This document shows, piece by piece, positions 1 through 10,061 of a stretch of 48,082 nt of DNA (position 1 is the first letter of the stretch; each line of letters begins with the position of its first letter). A model generated the notes under the pieces. It had not been told where the DNA came from, searched no databases, and saw only the letters and a list, made by a program, of their open reading frames with translations. Origin of the DNA: Campylobacterales bacterium (lineage in GTDB: Bacteria; Campylobacterota; Campylobacteria; Campylobacterales; JALSKU01); contig JALSKU010000153.1 of NCBI GenBank assembly GCA_026988685.1, positions 1 through 48,082 on the forward strand. The letters are read 5' to 3'. The position numbers were made by a program, and so were the translations under genes.

Positions 1-234
1 GTTCTTATCTTTGCGGGAGTTAATAAGATAGTAAACTCTGTTGAAGAGGGGTTTAAAAGGATAAAAGAGGTAGCAATCCCTAAAAATATAGAGAGGATAA
101 ATCAAATGTCTATAAAAAACGGTAAAGAGCCTATATACAACGAAAAAAATATAGCCAATAAATTTAGCTATATAAATGGAGATAAAGAGGGAAGAACTAC
201 TATCATATTGATAGATGAAGAGCTTGGCTTTTGA
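1..234 (+). CDS. C-terminal fragment of a LUD-domain (lactate utilization LutB/LutC-like, DUF162) protein; the 5' end lies outside the window
   Basis: Frame 1 is open from base 1 to a TGA at 232-234. The translation is VLIFAGVNKIVNSVEEGFKRIKEVAIPKNIERIN...TTIILIDEELGF. The GxNKIV...A.R.K..A.P.N..R pattern resembles LUD-domain C-termini. Recognised from memory only. Confidence 0.35.
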   Translation, partial: VLIFAGVNKIVNSVEEGFKRIKEVAIPKNIERINQMSIKNGKEPIYNEKNIANKFSYINGDKEGRTTIILIDEELGF

Positions 235-285
235 TAGCTAAATTATAATGGTTATTTGATAGGTAGCCGATAAAAAGGGACTAAA

Positions 286-2406
286 ATGGTAGAAAATGAA
301 AATAAGAAAGTTATACTCTATATCTTTATAGCATATATATTTTCTATAGCTGTTAGGTTTATATGGGTTTATCAATTTAAAGATGTGTCCATGTTTAAGT
401 TTAACGGTCAGTTTATGATAAATACAAATGACGGATACTTTTGGGCAGAAGGTGCAAGGGATATATTAGCAGGCTTTCATCAACTGCATGACCTCTCCCC
501 TGTAGACAGTGCAGCATCAAAATTGACAGCGCTTTTTGTAAAAATTCTTCCTTTTTCTTTTGAGACGGTTATATTTTACATGAGCACTTTCTTAAGTTCC
601 TTGGTTGTTATACCTATTATCTTGATATCGCAAAGCATAAAAAAGGTTGAAGTAGGCTTGATAGCTGCGCTTCTTGCTTCTATAGCCTGGAGTTATTACA
701 ATAGGACTATGTCTGGATACTACGATACTGATATGCTTAATATCGTCCTACCGGTGTTTTTATTGTGGAGTATTATACTCGCTTTTAAAACAAAGGAGGA
801 GAAGTATCTACTTTTTACAGCTTTGGATATTTTGGTATACAGATGGTGGTATCCACAAAGTTATGCCCTTGATTTTTCCATGTTCGGTTTGATTTTACTT
901 TATATTCTCGTGTTTGACAGGAAGAATTTTTACTTATATAAACTTTTGTCTATCATGCTTTATGCTATGATGATGACTTCAATTTACATAAGATTTCCTG
1001 CTGTTTTGATTTTGTATATTATGTTTAAAGATAAAAAATATGACAAGTATCTTTTATATATTTTTTTGGTTGGTGCTGTTGGATTTTTTTTAACAGGAGG
1101 CTTTTCTCCTATTTGGTCACAGCTAAAAGGATATGTGTTCAAAACTAAAGTATCAAAAGAGGATAAAGGGCTAGGGCTTCATTTTTTCACTGTAATGCAA
1201 ACCATAAGAGAGGCTGGAAAAATTCCATTTGAAACATTTGCAAATAGAATAAGTGGAAATGTTATCACTTTTTTCATTTCAGTTATAGGGTATATTTGGC
1301 TAACATATAAAGAGAGAGTATTTTTGCTGGCATTGCCAATGCTTGGACTGGGCTTTTTGGCATATGTTGGCGGGCTTAGGTTTACCATATATGCTGTTCC
1401 TGTTCTAGCCTTTGGTATAGCTTATCTTATTGTACAAATTGCAGATTATATAAAAGATATAAAACTTAGGTATACTTTTATGGTTATCGCTACCTTGGCT
1501 ATTCTTTATCCAAATATTATACATATCGTAAGATACAAAGTACCGACTGTTTTTAACTCTTCTGAAGTTGCTGTATTGGAAAAATTAAAGAAGATAGCCA
1601 GTAGGGAGGATTATGTGGTTTCTTGGTGGGACTATGGTTATCCTATAAGATATTATGCTGATGTAAAAACACTTGGAGATGGTGGAAAACATAGTGGAGC
1701 AGTAAACTTTCCACTAAGTTTTATACTTACTAAGCCTCAAGATGTTGCAGCAAAAATGGCTAGACTTGATGTGGAATATACAGAAAAAGATTTTAAAATT
1801 ATTGATGAAAATAAAAGTAAACTTTTTGATAAAAAGAGGTTGCCTTCTACTATTGAGCAGATGACTGTTGACTATGGTTATAAAGACAGCAATGACTTTT
1901 TATCATCTTTAAAAACAGATATAAAACTACCTAAAAAAACAAGAAATATCTATCTATATCTGCCGTTTAGAATGATCAATATCTTTCCGACTATTGAGCT
2001 GTTTTCAAACTTGGATCTAATGAGCGGAGATAGATTTAGACAGCATTTTATCTTTCAAAGTTCCAGATTTGTACAAAATAAAAGCATCATTGACCTTGGT
2101 TCTGGTGTTAAGATTCTAACAAAAGAGGGTAAGATAATTGTTGGTGACAAAATGGTAAATATCAACCGCTTTGTTGAAACCATATATGATAAACAAGGTA
2201 GACTACATGTAAAGGTTGACAGGATTGATCCAAGTTCAAGTTTAAATGTTATATATATGAAAAATTACAGAAGATTTTTGGTTGTAGATAATGCTGTGTA
2301 CAATTCAACATATATGCAACTTTTTGTTTTGCAAAATTACAATAAAAAATATTTCCAGCCTGTCATTTTGACACCTTGGGCAAAAGTTTATAAGCTAAAA
2401 ATATGA
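286..2406 (+). CDS. pglB: Undecaprenyl-diphosphooligosaccharide-protein glycotransferase (bacterial STT3-family oligosaccharyltransferase, PglB)
   Basis: 706 aa with a multi-TM N-terminal half and a soluble C-terminal domain. The diagnostic WWDYGY motif is present (SWWDYGYPIRYYADVKT), as is the early DGYFWAEGARD loop motif. Confidence 0.85.
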   Translation: MVENENKKVILYIFIAYIFSIAVRFIWVYQFKDVSMFKFNGQFMINTNDGYFWAEGARDILAGFHQLHDLSPVDSAASKLTALFVKILPFSFETVIFYMSTFLSSLVVIPIILISQSIKKVEVGLIAALLASIAWSYYNRTMSGYYDTDMLNIVLPVFLLWSIILAFKTKEEKYLLFTALDILVYRWWYPQSYALDFSMFGLILLYILVFDRKNFYLYKLLSIMLYAMMMTSIYIRFPAVLILYIMFKDKKYDKYLLYIFLVGAVGFFLTGGFSPIWSQLKGYVFKTKVSKEDKGLGLHFFTVMQTIREAGKIPFETFANRISGNVITFFISVIGYIWLTYKERVFLLALPMLGLGFLAYVGGLRFTIYAVPVLAFGIAYLIVQIADYIKDIKLRYTFMVIATLAILYPNIIHIVRYKVPTVFNSSEVAVLEKLKKIASREDYVVSWWDYGYPIRYYADVKTLGDGGKHSGAVNFPLSFILTKPQDVAAKMARLDVEYTEKDFKIIDENKSKLFDKKRLPSTIEQMTVDYGYKDSNDFLSSLKTDIKLPKKTRNIYLYLPFRMINIFPTIELFSNLDLMSGDRFRQHFIFQSSRFVQNKSIIDLGSGVKILTKEGKIIVGDKMVNINRFVETIYDKQGRLHVKVDRIDPSSSLNVIYMKNYRRFLVVDNAVYNSTYMQLFVLQNYNKKYFQPVILTPWAKVYKLKI

Positions 2407-3291
2407 CAATAGTTTAAAAAATAACGGAAGGGTTATAAAAGAGGAGAGTATCCCATATCCTACTATAGCATTTGTGAGTCTTGGGTTCAACCCTGCTAGT
2501 GTTGCCATGATGCCTGCTGTTATCATTGGTCCCATGCCGGCTTCTAAGATGGTGACTTTTGAGATTGTATTTAAGTCAAAAAAGAGAAAAATGATGGAAA
2601 AAGCTAGTAGAGGAGATAGGATAAGCTTGACGATTATCGCAACAATCAAGGGCTTTCTTTCCTCTTTTGGCAGGCTAAAATGAAGTTGATATCCTACACT
2701 CATAAGAGCAAAAGGAACCAAAGTTTGACTAATGGGCTTTAAAAAAATAGCCACTAAATCAGTCAGATAAAATCTACTTAAAGTAAAACCTATCACCAAA
2801 GATAAAAAGGGTGGAAAAAAGATAATCTTTTTGACAATTTGCAAAATCCCTCTGTTGTGATGTATCCCATAGATAGAGACTATAACTGAACCATAAGTTG
2901 AGAGTATCAAAAATGATCCAAGCTGGTCATACAGTAGTGCGTATGGAACATATCTTTCGCCATAAAAAAAGTTTATAAACGGAACTCCTAAAAATGAGGT
3001 ATTGCCTAAAACTCCTACCAAAAGAAGAGAACCTGTTTCTTGCTTTGTAAAATGAAATTTTTTTGATAAAAAAAGTATAGAAACAGCTAAAACCGGAGTG
3101 ATGATCCAAGGGATAAAAAGAGGAAGATACGCATCCTTGCTAAAGTGTAAGGATGGTATCTTGTAGAGTATAAGTGCTGGCAAAGAGAGGTAGATTATGC
3201 CCAAATTCAGCATCTTGGCTATATCGATTTTTTCTATTTTGAGGTATTTTAGAAAGAGACCAATTAGAAAAAATATAGCTATGCTCTGCAC
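2395..3291 (-). CDS. AEC-family (auxin efflux carrier-like) membrane transporter
   Basis: 298 aa, entirely hydrophobic with about 8-10 predicted TM segments. The N-terminus (FFLIGLFLKYLKI...) and overall layout are typical of AEC/malate-permease-like proteins. It overlaps the 3' end of pglB convergently by 12 nt. Confidence 0.65.
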   Translation of the reverse strand: MQSIAIFFLIGLFLKYLKIEKIDIAKMLNLGIIYLSLPALILYKIPSLHFSKDAYLPLFIPWIITPVLAVSILFLSKKFHFTKQETGSLLLVGVLGNTSFLGVPFINFFYGERYVPYALLYDQLGSFLILSTYGSVIVSIYGIHHNRGILQIVKKIIFFPPFLSLVIGFTLSRFYLTDLVAIFLKPISQTLVPFALMSVGYQLHFSLPKEERKPLIVAIIVKLILSPLLAFSIIFLFFDLNTISKVTILEAGMGPMITAGIMATLAGLNPRLTNAIVGYGILSSFITLPLFFKLLSYF

Positions 3292-3315
3292 TTTGCCGAT
3301 ACCAATTTTATCTTG

Positions 3316-4584
3316 TTAGATATCTAAAAACTCTTCGCTTATACTCTCATCTTTTCTAGGCTGAGGGAGTATAAGGTTTAGAATGATACCTACTATGGCA
3401 CCGAGTCCAATGCCACTAAAGTTGACTCCTCCAAATTTGAAACTCATACCCCCGATAGCAAATACAAGTATCAAGGAGAGTATGATCATATTTCGTGGAC
3501 AGCTAAGATCTGTTTTTGAATTTGTCAGCGTTGCCATTCCTACTGAAGCAATGATGCCAAAAAGCAAAAGCAAGATACCGCCCATAACCGGAACAGGAAT
3601 AGTTTGTAAAAAACCTCCTAATTTTCCTAGAAATGCTAAAGCCATTGCAAAAATAGCCGCCCAAGTCATGATGGCTGGATTGTAAGCTTTAGTAACAGTG
3701 ACTGCACCCGTAACTTCAGAGTATGTCGTATTTGGAGGACCTCCTAAAAATGATGCCGCACTTGTTGCCAAACCATCTCCTAAAAGTGTATTTTCAAGAC
3801 CCGGGTTTTTTAAATAATCCTCCTTTGTAACATTAGAAATCGCCAATATATCGCCGACATGTTCAACCGCCGGTGCTATTGCGATAGGTAGTATATAAAG
3901 GATGGCCTCCCAGTTTAACTCGGGAAAAACAAAGTGTGGGACGGCAAAAACAGGTGCTTTTGCAAGCGGTGTAAAATCCACGATCCCAAATAATAAAGCA
4001 GTTATATACCCGACGACAACTCCTATGAGTATAGGCAATAGTCTAATGATACCTTTACCTAAAAGAGTAGCAAGAATTGTGGCGATCAATGAAACCATTG
4101 ATATAATAATAGCCGTATCAAAAGGCACAAGCTGGATCTTTCCATCTCCGGTTTGCCCGCTTGCCATATGGACTGCGACCGGTGCTAGTATCAGACCTAT
4201 GGTCATTATAACCGGTCCGACAACTATAGGAGGTAAAAGTTTATGTAAAAAACCACTTCCCTTTATCCTGATAGCAAAGCTAAGTGCCACATATACTAAA
4301 CCTGCAGCAGCCAAACCACTTAAGGTAGCCGGTATGCCCCATTTTTGGACACCATATATGATGGGTGCGATAAATGCAAATGAGGATGCAAGAAAGATAG
4401 GAGGAACATTTTTTCTGGTAGTTATCTGAAATATAAGTGTTCCAAGACCTGCGGTAAAAAGGGCCACATTGCTGTCAAGTCCGGTTAAAATGGGCACCAA
4501 TACCAATGCGCCAAATGCAACAAATAAAAATTGCAAACCAATGATCGAATCCTTCAGTCGAAAGTTGTAGTCTGTCGGCTTCAA
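3316..4584 (-). CDS. uraA: Uracil/xanthine permease (NCS2 family)
   Basis: 422-aa polytopic membrane protein with the NCS2-type signature region GGPPNTTYSEVTGAVTVTKAYNP. It is divergently paired with upp, a classic uracil salvage arrangement. Confidence 0.78.
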   Translation of the reverse strand: MKPTDYNFRLKDSIIGLQFLFVAFGALVLVPILTGLDSNVALFTAGLGTLIFQITTRKNVPPIFLASSFAFIAPIIYGVQKWGIPATLSGLAAAGLVYVALSFAIRIKGSGFLHKLLPPIVVGPVIMTIGLILAPVAVHMASGQTGDGKIQLVPFDTAIIISMVSLIATILATLLGKGIIRLLPILIGVVVGYITALLFGIVDFTPLAKAPVFAVPHFVFPELNWEAILYILPIAIAPAVEHVGDILAISNVTKEDYLKNPGLENTLLGDGLATSAASFLGGPPNTTYSEVTGAVTVTKAYNPAIMTWAAIFAMALAFLGKLGGFLQTIPVPVMGGILLLLFGIIASVGMATLTNSKTDLSCPRNMIILSLILVFAIGGMSFKFGGVNFSGIGLGAIVGIILNLILPQPRKDESISEEFLDI

Positions 4585-4692
4585 AGTAACTCCTTAATTA
4601 AAATTGTGTCATTATACAATATCAAATATTAGATTTTTATCAATACATAAACCATTTTTTGAGATAATAAGAGTAAAATTTTGGAGAGTGCT

Positions 4693-5331
4693 ATGAAAGC
4701 AAATATATTAAACCATCCGCTTATAGATCATAAAATGTCTTTATTGAGAGATGAAAAGAGAAAAATGCCGGAGTTTAAGATGCTTCTTGATGAGATAGGG
4801 TTTTTGATGGCTTATGAAGTTACCAAGGATTTAGAGCTAAAAGATGTAGAGATAAAAACACCTGTTTCAAATATGAAAGCCAAAAAATTAAAGTCCCACC
4901 CTATTTTGGTAACTATCTTAAGGGCAGGGCTTGGACTGTTGGATCCTTTTATGAAACTTATGCCAAACTCCAAAGTAGGCTTTTTGGGTATGGATAGGGA
5001 TGAAGTTACTTTAAAGCCAAGAAGCTATTATGACAAGATACCAAAACAGGCCCTTAAAAACAGGGTTTTGCTTATAGACCCCATGCTTGCTACCGGCGGT
5101 TCTGCATTAAATGCTATAGACTTTTTAGTCCAAAAGGGTGTAAGAGATATAACCTTTATCTGTTTGGTAGCCGCACCGGAAGGCATAAAAGCGATAAATG
5201 AAAAATACCCGGATATCGAGATATATGCGGCGGCACTCGATGAAAAACTAAATGATAAGGGTTATATCGTTCCTGGTCTTGGAGATGCGGGAGATAGGAT
5301 ATTTGGTACAGAAGATAATGAAAATCTATAA
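4693..5331 (+). CDS. upp: Uracil phosphoribosyltransferase
   Basis: The N-terminus (MKANILNHPLIDHKMSLLRD) and the PRPP-binding loop (VLLIDPMLATGGSA) are typical of Upp. The ATG at 4693 is preferred over the TTG at 4681 because a GGAGAG Shine-Dalgarno lies 4 nt upstream. Confidence 0.9.
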   Translation: MKANILNHPLIDHKMSLLRDEKRKMPEFKMLLDEIGFLMAYEVTKDLELKDVEIKTPVSNMKAKKLKSHPILVTILRAGLGLLDPFMKLMPNSKVGFLGMDRDEVTLKPRSYYDKIPKQALKNRVLLIDPMLATGGSALNAIDFLVQKGVRDITFICLVAAPEGIKAINEKYPDIEIYAAALDEKLNDKGYIVPGLGDAGDRIFGTEDNENL

Positions 5332-5340
5332 AGGTTTAAG

Positions 5341-6525
5341 ATGAATTTAAAAGAGATGGATGAAGAGTATATCCTTCATAGTTACAAGAAAAACTATATA
5401 AACTTCAAAAGAGGGGAAAATGCTCTTTTATTTGATGAAGATGGTAAGGATTATGTTGATTTTACCAGCGGTATAGGGGTGGTAAGTGTTGGACATGCCA
5501 ATGCCAAACTATCAAGTGCCTTATGCGAACAAGCCGGAAAAGTTATACATGTATCTAATCTTTATCTTATCGAGCCTCAGGCAAAATTAGCTAAAAAGTT
5601 AGTGCAGACAAGCGGATACGATATGAGGCTATTTTTTGCAAATAGCGGAGCCGAGGCTAACGAGGGTGCCATCAAGATAGCAAGAAAATATGGTGAAGTT
5701 GACGGTGAAGTTAAGAGATATAAGATAATAACACTAAAAAACTCTTTTCATGGAAGAACCATAACCTCTTTGAAAGCTACCGGGCAAGAGAAGATGCACT
5801 CCTTTTTTGGACCATACCCTGATGGTTTTGTCTATGCCGATAGTTTGGATGATGTTATTGATAAATGTGGTGAAAAAACTGTGGCTGTTATGATAGAGCT
5901 TATTCAAGGCGAGGGTGGAGTAGAGCCTCAGGATAAGCAAAAGGTACAAAAGCTTCAAAATGAGCTAAAAAAAAGAGATATCTTACTTATAGTTGATGAA
6001 GTGCAAACAGGTATATATAGAACCGGGGAACTTTTTGCATCCAATCTATACGAAATAGAACCCGATGTTATAACTATGGCCAAGGGTTTAGGCGGGGGCA
6101 TTCCTATAGGTGCGGTTATGACGAGGTTAAAAGATATATTTTCTTATGGTGATCATGGTAGCACCTTTGGTGGTAACTACCTCTCTTGCACAGCCGGTAA
6201 TAGTGTATTGGAAATCCTTGAGAACTATAAAAACTCCGGAGCATTAGATGAGATGATGCTATACTTTAGCAAAAAGATTGAAGAGATTGCCGAAAAATTT
6301 TCTGAAAAGATAGATAAAGCCGTAGGTATAGGTTTTATGAGAGGATTTAGGATGAAAAGTAGTGAAGATTTGAGTAGAGTTATAGAAAAAGCGTTTTTAC
6401 ACCGTGTTTTGGTTTTGAAAGCGGGAAGAAATACACTTCGTTTCTTGCCGCCTCTTACTATAACCAAAGAGGAGGTTGAGATGGGATTTGAAAGGTTAGA
6501 GAGTGCGTTTAAAGATATTTTGTAG
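5341..6525 (+). CDS. argD: Acetylornithine aminotransferase (class III PLP-dependent aminotransferase)
   Basis: 394 aa containing SGAEANEGAIKIARKY, LIVDEVQTGIYRTG and the PLP-lysine context TMAKGLGGGIPIGA. Confidence 0.8.
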   Translation: MNLKEMDEEYILHSYKKNYINFKRGENALLFDEDGKDYVDFTSGIGVVSVGHANAKLSSALCEQAGKVIHVSNLYLIEPQAKLAKKLVQTSGYDMRLFFANSGAEANEGAIKIARKYGEVDGEVKRYKIITLKNSFHGRTITSLKATGQEKMHSFFGPYPDGFVYADSLDDVIDKCGEKTVAVMIELIQGEGGVEPQDKQKVQKLQNELKKRDILLIVDEVQTGIYRTGELFASNLYEIEPDVITMAKGLGGGIPIGAVMTRLKDIFSYGDHGSTFGGNYLSCTAGNSVLEILENYKNSGALDEMMLYFSKKIEEIAEKFSEKIDKAVGIGFMRGFRMKSSEDLSRVIEKAFLHRVLVLKAGRNTLRFLPPLTITKEEVEMGFERLESAFKDIL

Positions 6526-7687
6526 TCTGCTTTTTTTTGGTGTAACTCTTTCTGCAGATAGTTCACTTTTATCAAAAAGGCAAAATGATATTTTGCAAAA
6601 TGAGCAGAAACAAAATATAAAGAGCAGTGACATACTTAAGCTTAATTGGATCAACCCAATAACCGCTACACTTTCTCGCTCAAAAAGCGATAAGTTAAAT
6701 CCCTCGGTAACAAGCGATAGCTTTACAATTTCGCTCAATCAGCCTATATTTAAAAGCGGAGGGATATATTATGCTATAAAGTATGCCAAGGCCAACAGAG
6801 AGTTTTTGGAACTTAATACAAAGTTAAAAAAGAGATCACTTATAAAAAATGTCCTTTTTTTGATAGCTTCTTTAAAAGATTTGGATCTTAAAATAGAAAA
6901 AGAGAGGCTATTGATAGAAAATGCGGATATTGATATAAAAAGAAAAAGAGAGCAATTTTTAAGTGGAGTGCTTGATAGTAGTTTTTTGGATAACGCGATG
7001 CTTAACAAGAATTCACTCCAGATGGCTCTTTTGGATATGGAAGCTAGTAAATTCGATCTTTTAAAAAGCTTGAAAGATTTGAGTGATATTGATTATAAAA
7101 GTTTTTCTTTTACTCATATGAAGCTTTTAAATATAGATGATTTCTTATCGGAAAATTTAAATATAAAAGATGCTTTGGCCAACTCAAAACAGACAAAATA
7201 TATCAAAAAAATGACAATATCCAACTATTTTCCAACGATTTCACTCTTTGCCAATTATAACTATAGTAAAAGTGACAATGGTATCTTTAACAGCAAAGAT
7301 AGCTACAAGCAGTATGGACTAAGAATTTCCATGCCTCTTTTTGATATAAATAGAGGTAAAAATATAGAGTTGCAAAGGCTAAAGTATCTAAAGAGTAAAC
7401 TAATGCTAAATGATACTAAACAAAAAGAGAGAGATCTTTTTAACTCGGTGATAAAAAAAGTTGAGATTTACAACAAGAAAATAAAACTCTCAAAAGAGCA
7501 GGCTAAGCTATACTCGTCACTTTTAAAAACTACAAAAAATCTCTATGATGCCGGAGAAAAAACTATATATGATGTCAAAACTTTAAAAAACTCTCTTAAA
7601 AGAAGTAGAATCGATGAAAAGATATATAGATATGAGATAGATAAAATTTTACTAGATCTCTACGAGCATATAGAAGAGAAAAAATGA
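6503..7687 (+). CDS. TolC-family outer-membrane efflux protein
   Basis: GTG start followed by a signal peptide (MRLKIFCSLLFFGVTLSA). The protein is coiled-coil rich with a repeated OEP-like architecture (LNQPIFKSGGIYYAIKYAKA...). It overlaps the argD end by 23 nt. Confidence 0.5.
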   Translation: MRLKIFCSLLFFGVTLSADSSLLSKRQNDILQNEQKQNIKSSDILKLNWINPITATLSRSKSDKLNPSVTSDSFTISLNQPIFKSGGIYYAIKYAKANREFLELNTKLKKRSLIKNVLFLIASLKDLDLKIEKERLLIENADIDIKRKREQFLSGVLDSSFLDNAMLNKNSLQMALLDMEASKFDLLKSLKDLSDIDYKSFSFTHMKLLNIDDFLSENLNIKDALANSKQTKYIKKMTISNYFPTISLFANYNYSKSDNGIFNSKDSYKQYGLRISMPLFDINRGKNIELQRLKYLKSKLMLNDTKQKERDLFNSVIKKVEIYNKKIKLSKEQAKLYSSLLKTTKNLYDAGEKTIYDVKTLKNSLKRSRIDEKIYRYEIDKILLDLYEHIEEKK

Positions 7688-8718
7688 AGAGACAATTTTC
7701 TTTATTTATAAGTGAGTGGCTTTATGGTGAGAGCGGATACTATAGTCGCTTTAAAAAGATAGGAAAAGAGGGGGATTTTTATACGGCAGTCAGCACTACG
7801 CCCTTTTTTGGCGGAGCTATCGCAAAAAGAGTTTTATCGGTAATAGAGAGCGGCTTTTTATCAAAAAATTGCACTATCGTAGAGGTAGGAGCTCATCAGG
7901 GGTATCTGTTGGCAGATATAGTGCAATTTATCTACGCTCTAAGTCCAAATTTGCTAAAAACTATTCGTTTTGCTGTCATTGAGCCCCAAGAAGAGATACT
8001 AAAAGAGCAAAAAAGGTATCTAAAAAACTCTTTTGGAGATGATGTTAATTTTAGTTTTTTTAAGAGTTTTGAAGAGGTAGAGTTAAAGGAAGCATTTATA
8101 GTTGCTAATGAGATATTTGATGCGTTTCCTTGTGAAGTTATAAAAGATGAGAGTATGCTTTTTGTTGAAGATTTTGATTTTAACTTTTATAAGCAGACCA
8201 AGGAGGTAGAGAAATTATCAAAAAGATATGGCATAAAACGGGGAGAGGTAGCCATAGGATATGAAAAGTTTGCAAAAAAGTTGGCAAACAAGATAGAAAA
8301 GTTTGAGTTTCTTGCCTTTGACTATGGTGAGCTAGAGCATAGGGGAGAGTATTCGCTAAGAGTTTATGACGCACACAAGGTGTATCCATTTTTTTCTTTA
8401 ACAAAATTTGCAGAAGATAAAGAGTTAAAAAAGAGCGGAGTGAGCATTGATAAGCTTTATAAAAGAAGTGATATAACTTATGATGTTTTTTTTACCCATT
8501 TGATAGATGCCTTCAAAAATGCCGGAGTAAAGAAGGAGAGCTATAAAACCCAAATGAGCGCACTTGTGGAGTTTGGCATCATTGATCTTCTTGAAATCTT
8601 GAAGGAAATGAAGGGCGAAAGAGCGTATCTAAACGAATTAAACAGAGTCAAAATCTTAATAGACCCAACTTTTATGGGAGAGAGATTTAAGTCTGTTATC
8701 TTTAGAAAAGATATTTAA
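7684..8718 (+). CDS. SAM-dependent methyltransferase, MidA/NDUFAF7 (DUF185) family
   Basis: 344 aa containing GDFYTAVSTTPFFGGAIAK and IVEVGAHQGYLLADI (SAM-binding motif I region), both characteristic of the DUF185/MidA family. An ATGA start/stop overlap couples it to the upstream gene. Confidence 0.65.
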   Translation: MKRQFSLFISEWLYGESGYYSRFKKIGKEGDFYTAVSTTPFFGGAIAKRVLSVIESGFLSKNCTIVEVGAHQGYLLADIVQFIYALSPNLLKTIRFAVIEPQEEILKEQKRYLKNSFGDDVNFSFFKSFEEVELKEAFIVANEIFDAFPCEVIKDESMLFVEDFDFNFYKQTKEVEKLSKRYGIKRGEVAIGYEKFAKKLANKIEKFEFLAFDYGELEHRGEYSLRVYDAHKVYPFFSLTKFAEDKELKKSGVSIDKLYKRSDITYDVFFTHLIDAFKNAGVKKESYKTQMSALVEFGIIDLLEILKEMKGERAYLNELNRVKILIDPTFMGERFKSVIFRKDI

Positions 8719-9098
8719 TGAAATAGAGGCAACTCTTGATTTGGATACTTTGTTTTTAGGGTTGCAACTGCTATAGCGTACTCTTTTTCATGAGTTATAG
8801 ATAGCGAAGTTTCTACTATATCGTAAGAGTTGATAACTCTTTTTGGAAGGGTGAAGTAGGGGGCATTTTTTTTAGTTTTGTGTAGTTTGATATCTAAAAA
8901 AGAGAGCTCTTTTGATATGCCTATGCCTAAAGCTTTTGAGATAGCCTCTTTTGCAGCATAAAAACCGCTGATACTCTCTATCTTATCTTTGCAAAGAGCT
9001 ATCTCATCTTCGTCTAAAAACCTTTCTAAAGCTTTTTTGCCAAATCTATCATAAAAATCTTGAATTCTGGAAATCTTAACTAAGTCTACCCCGATCAT
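8715..9098 (-). CDS. acpS: Holo-[acyl-carrier-protein] synthase
   Basis: 127 aa. MIGVDLVKISRI..., FYAAKEAISKALG and SLSITHEKEYAIAVA are typical of AcpS. It lies 5 nt downstream of fliL, as in Campylobacter. Confidence 0.85.
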   Translation of the reverse strand: MIGVDLVKISRIQDFYDRFGKKALERFLDEDEIALCKDKIESISGFYAAKEAISKALGIGISKELSFLDIKLHKTKKNAPYFTLPKRVINSYDIVETSLSITHEKEYAIAVATLKTKYPNQELPLFH

Positions 9099-9103
9099 CT
9101 ATA

Positions 9104-9643
9104 TTATTGGACAACAAACTCGGTGAAAAAGATATTTTTTACATTTCCATCAGCCAATACGGCATTGATTTTATCTACAAGCTCATCTTTTAGCTTCTCT
9201 TTTCCTCTGCTGGTACTAACTTCTTGAAAAGTTTTTGATGATAGTGTTCTTATGATGATATCCCTTATAAGTGGTTTTTTCTTATCCAGTTCAGTTGTAA
9301 GCTCAGGTCCACTAAGCTCCAAATCCATCTTTGTTTTTAAAAATCTAGTTCCACCTTGGCTTAGAAGATTTACTATAAACTGATCTAGCGGATAAACAGG
9401 ACCTATCTGCAAAAGATCTGAGTTTCTGACTACCTTTTTTTTACTCATTTTCGCTTGGTTATTTTGCGTAGTCTGAGTAGCAGCATTTGCCTGAGGCTCA
9501 TTGCCGTTGTCACTTAATAGAAAATATGCGGCAATACCGCCACCAACCAAAATGAGAACAAGCAGTATAATAATGATAATAAGTACTAAATTTGAACCTG
9601 ATTTTTTCTCTTTTTTCTCTTCTTCATTTTTTTCTTCAGCCAT
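9104..9643 (-). CDS. fliL: Flagellar basal-body-associated protein FliL
   Basis: 179 aa with a charged N-terminus, a single TM segment (LVLIIIIILLVLILVGGGIAAYFLL), a FliL core and the typical C-terminal FTEFVVQ. Confidence 0.8.
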   Translation of the reverse strand: MAEEKNEEEKKEKKSGSNLVLIIIIILLVLILVGGGIAAYFLLSDNGNEPQANAATQTTQNNQAKMSKKKVVRNSDLLQIGPVYPLDQFIVNLLSQGGTRFLKTKMDLELSGPELTTELDKKKPLIRDIIIRTLSSKTFQEVSTSRGKEKLKDELVDKINAVLADGNVKNIFFTEFVVQ

Positions 9644-9675
9644 AAATCACCCTTTACTATAGTATCTTTATATGG

Positions 9676-9702
9676 ATATCGGTTTTTTTTGATTTTATTT
9701 TA
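9676..9702 (-). promoter_or_regulatory. Possible sigma-28 (FliA)-type promoter upstream of fliL
   Basis: The minus strand reads TAAA-N16-CCGATAT, against the consensus TAAA-N15-GCCGATAA. It lies in the 62-nt gap upstream of the fliL ATG. This is a motif match only. Confidence 0.3.
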
Positions 9703-9705
9703 TAG

Positions 9706-9996
9706 CTACTCTATATTGCATCTTCCAATATTTAAACTTTTTATGATACATTCAAAAAAATCACCTGATTCTTTATCGTAATCATCGTGAAATTCTATGA
9801 TATATGTCCCCTCATTGCTTTTTTCATTGTCATGCTCTATCATTATATCAGGAGAAACCTCGTACTCCTTAATGCAGCTTACTAATGTTTCATTTATCTC
9901 CTTGCTCTGCTCTTTTGAAAAATACTTTATCTCGAGCATAGCATATCTCTCTTCCATCTCATGGTAAGCTTCGATACAAGCTTTTTTATCAGCCAT
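9706..9996 (-). CDS. Hypothetical small acidic protein
   Basis: 96-aa ORF in the same orientation as its neighbours. I recognised no motif. Confidence 0.45.
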   Translation of the reverse strand: MADKKACIEAYHEMEERYAMLEIKYFSKEQSKEINETLVSCIKEYEVSPDIMIEHDNEKSNEGTYIIEFHDDYDKESGDFFECIIKSLNIGRCNIE

Positions 9997-10061
9997 TGTA
10001 ACCCTTTATCTTTTTGTTTGGTAAAGAAATTATACCTAAATAAAATAAATTAGTCATAAAA

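Noticed and set aside
3383-4429. Antisense ORFs inside real genes (for example 3383..3685, 3902..4429, 10108..10365, 12590..12946, 15926..16264, 34754..35017, 44424..44813, 45782..46321)
   Set aside because: These are shadow ORFs on the strand opposite well-supported genes. Their translations have a biased, low-complexity composition (Ser/Leu/Phe/Ile-rich), contain no recognisable motifs and have no independent RBS.
8715-8718. The convergent midA-like and acpS genes share a palindromic TTAA that provides both stop codons
   Set aside because: This is real but trivial. It is a consequence of tight packing, and no functional implication can be supported from sequence alone.
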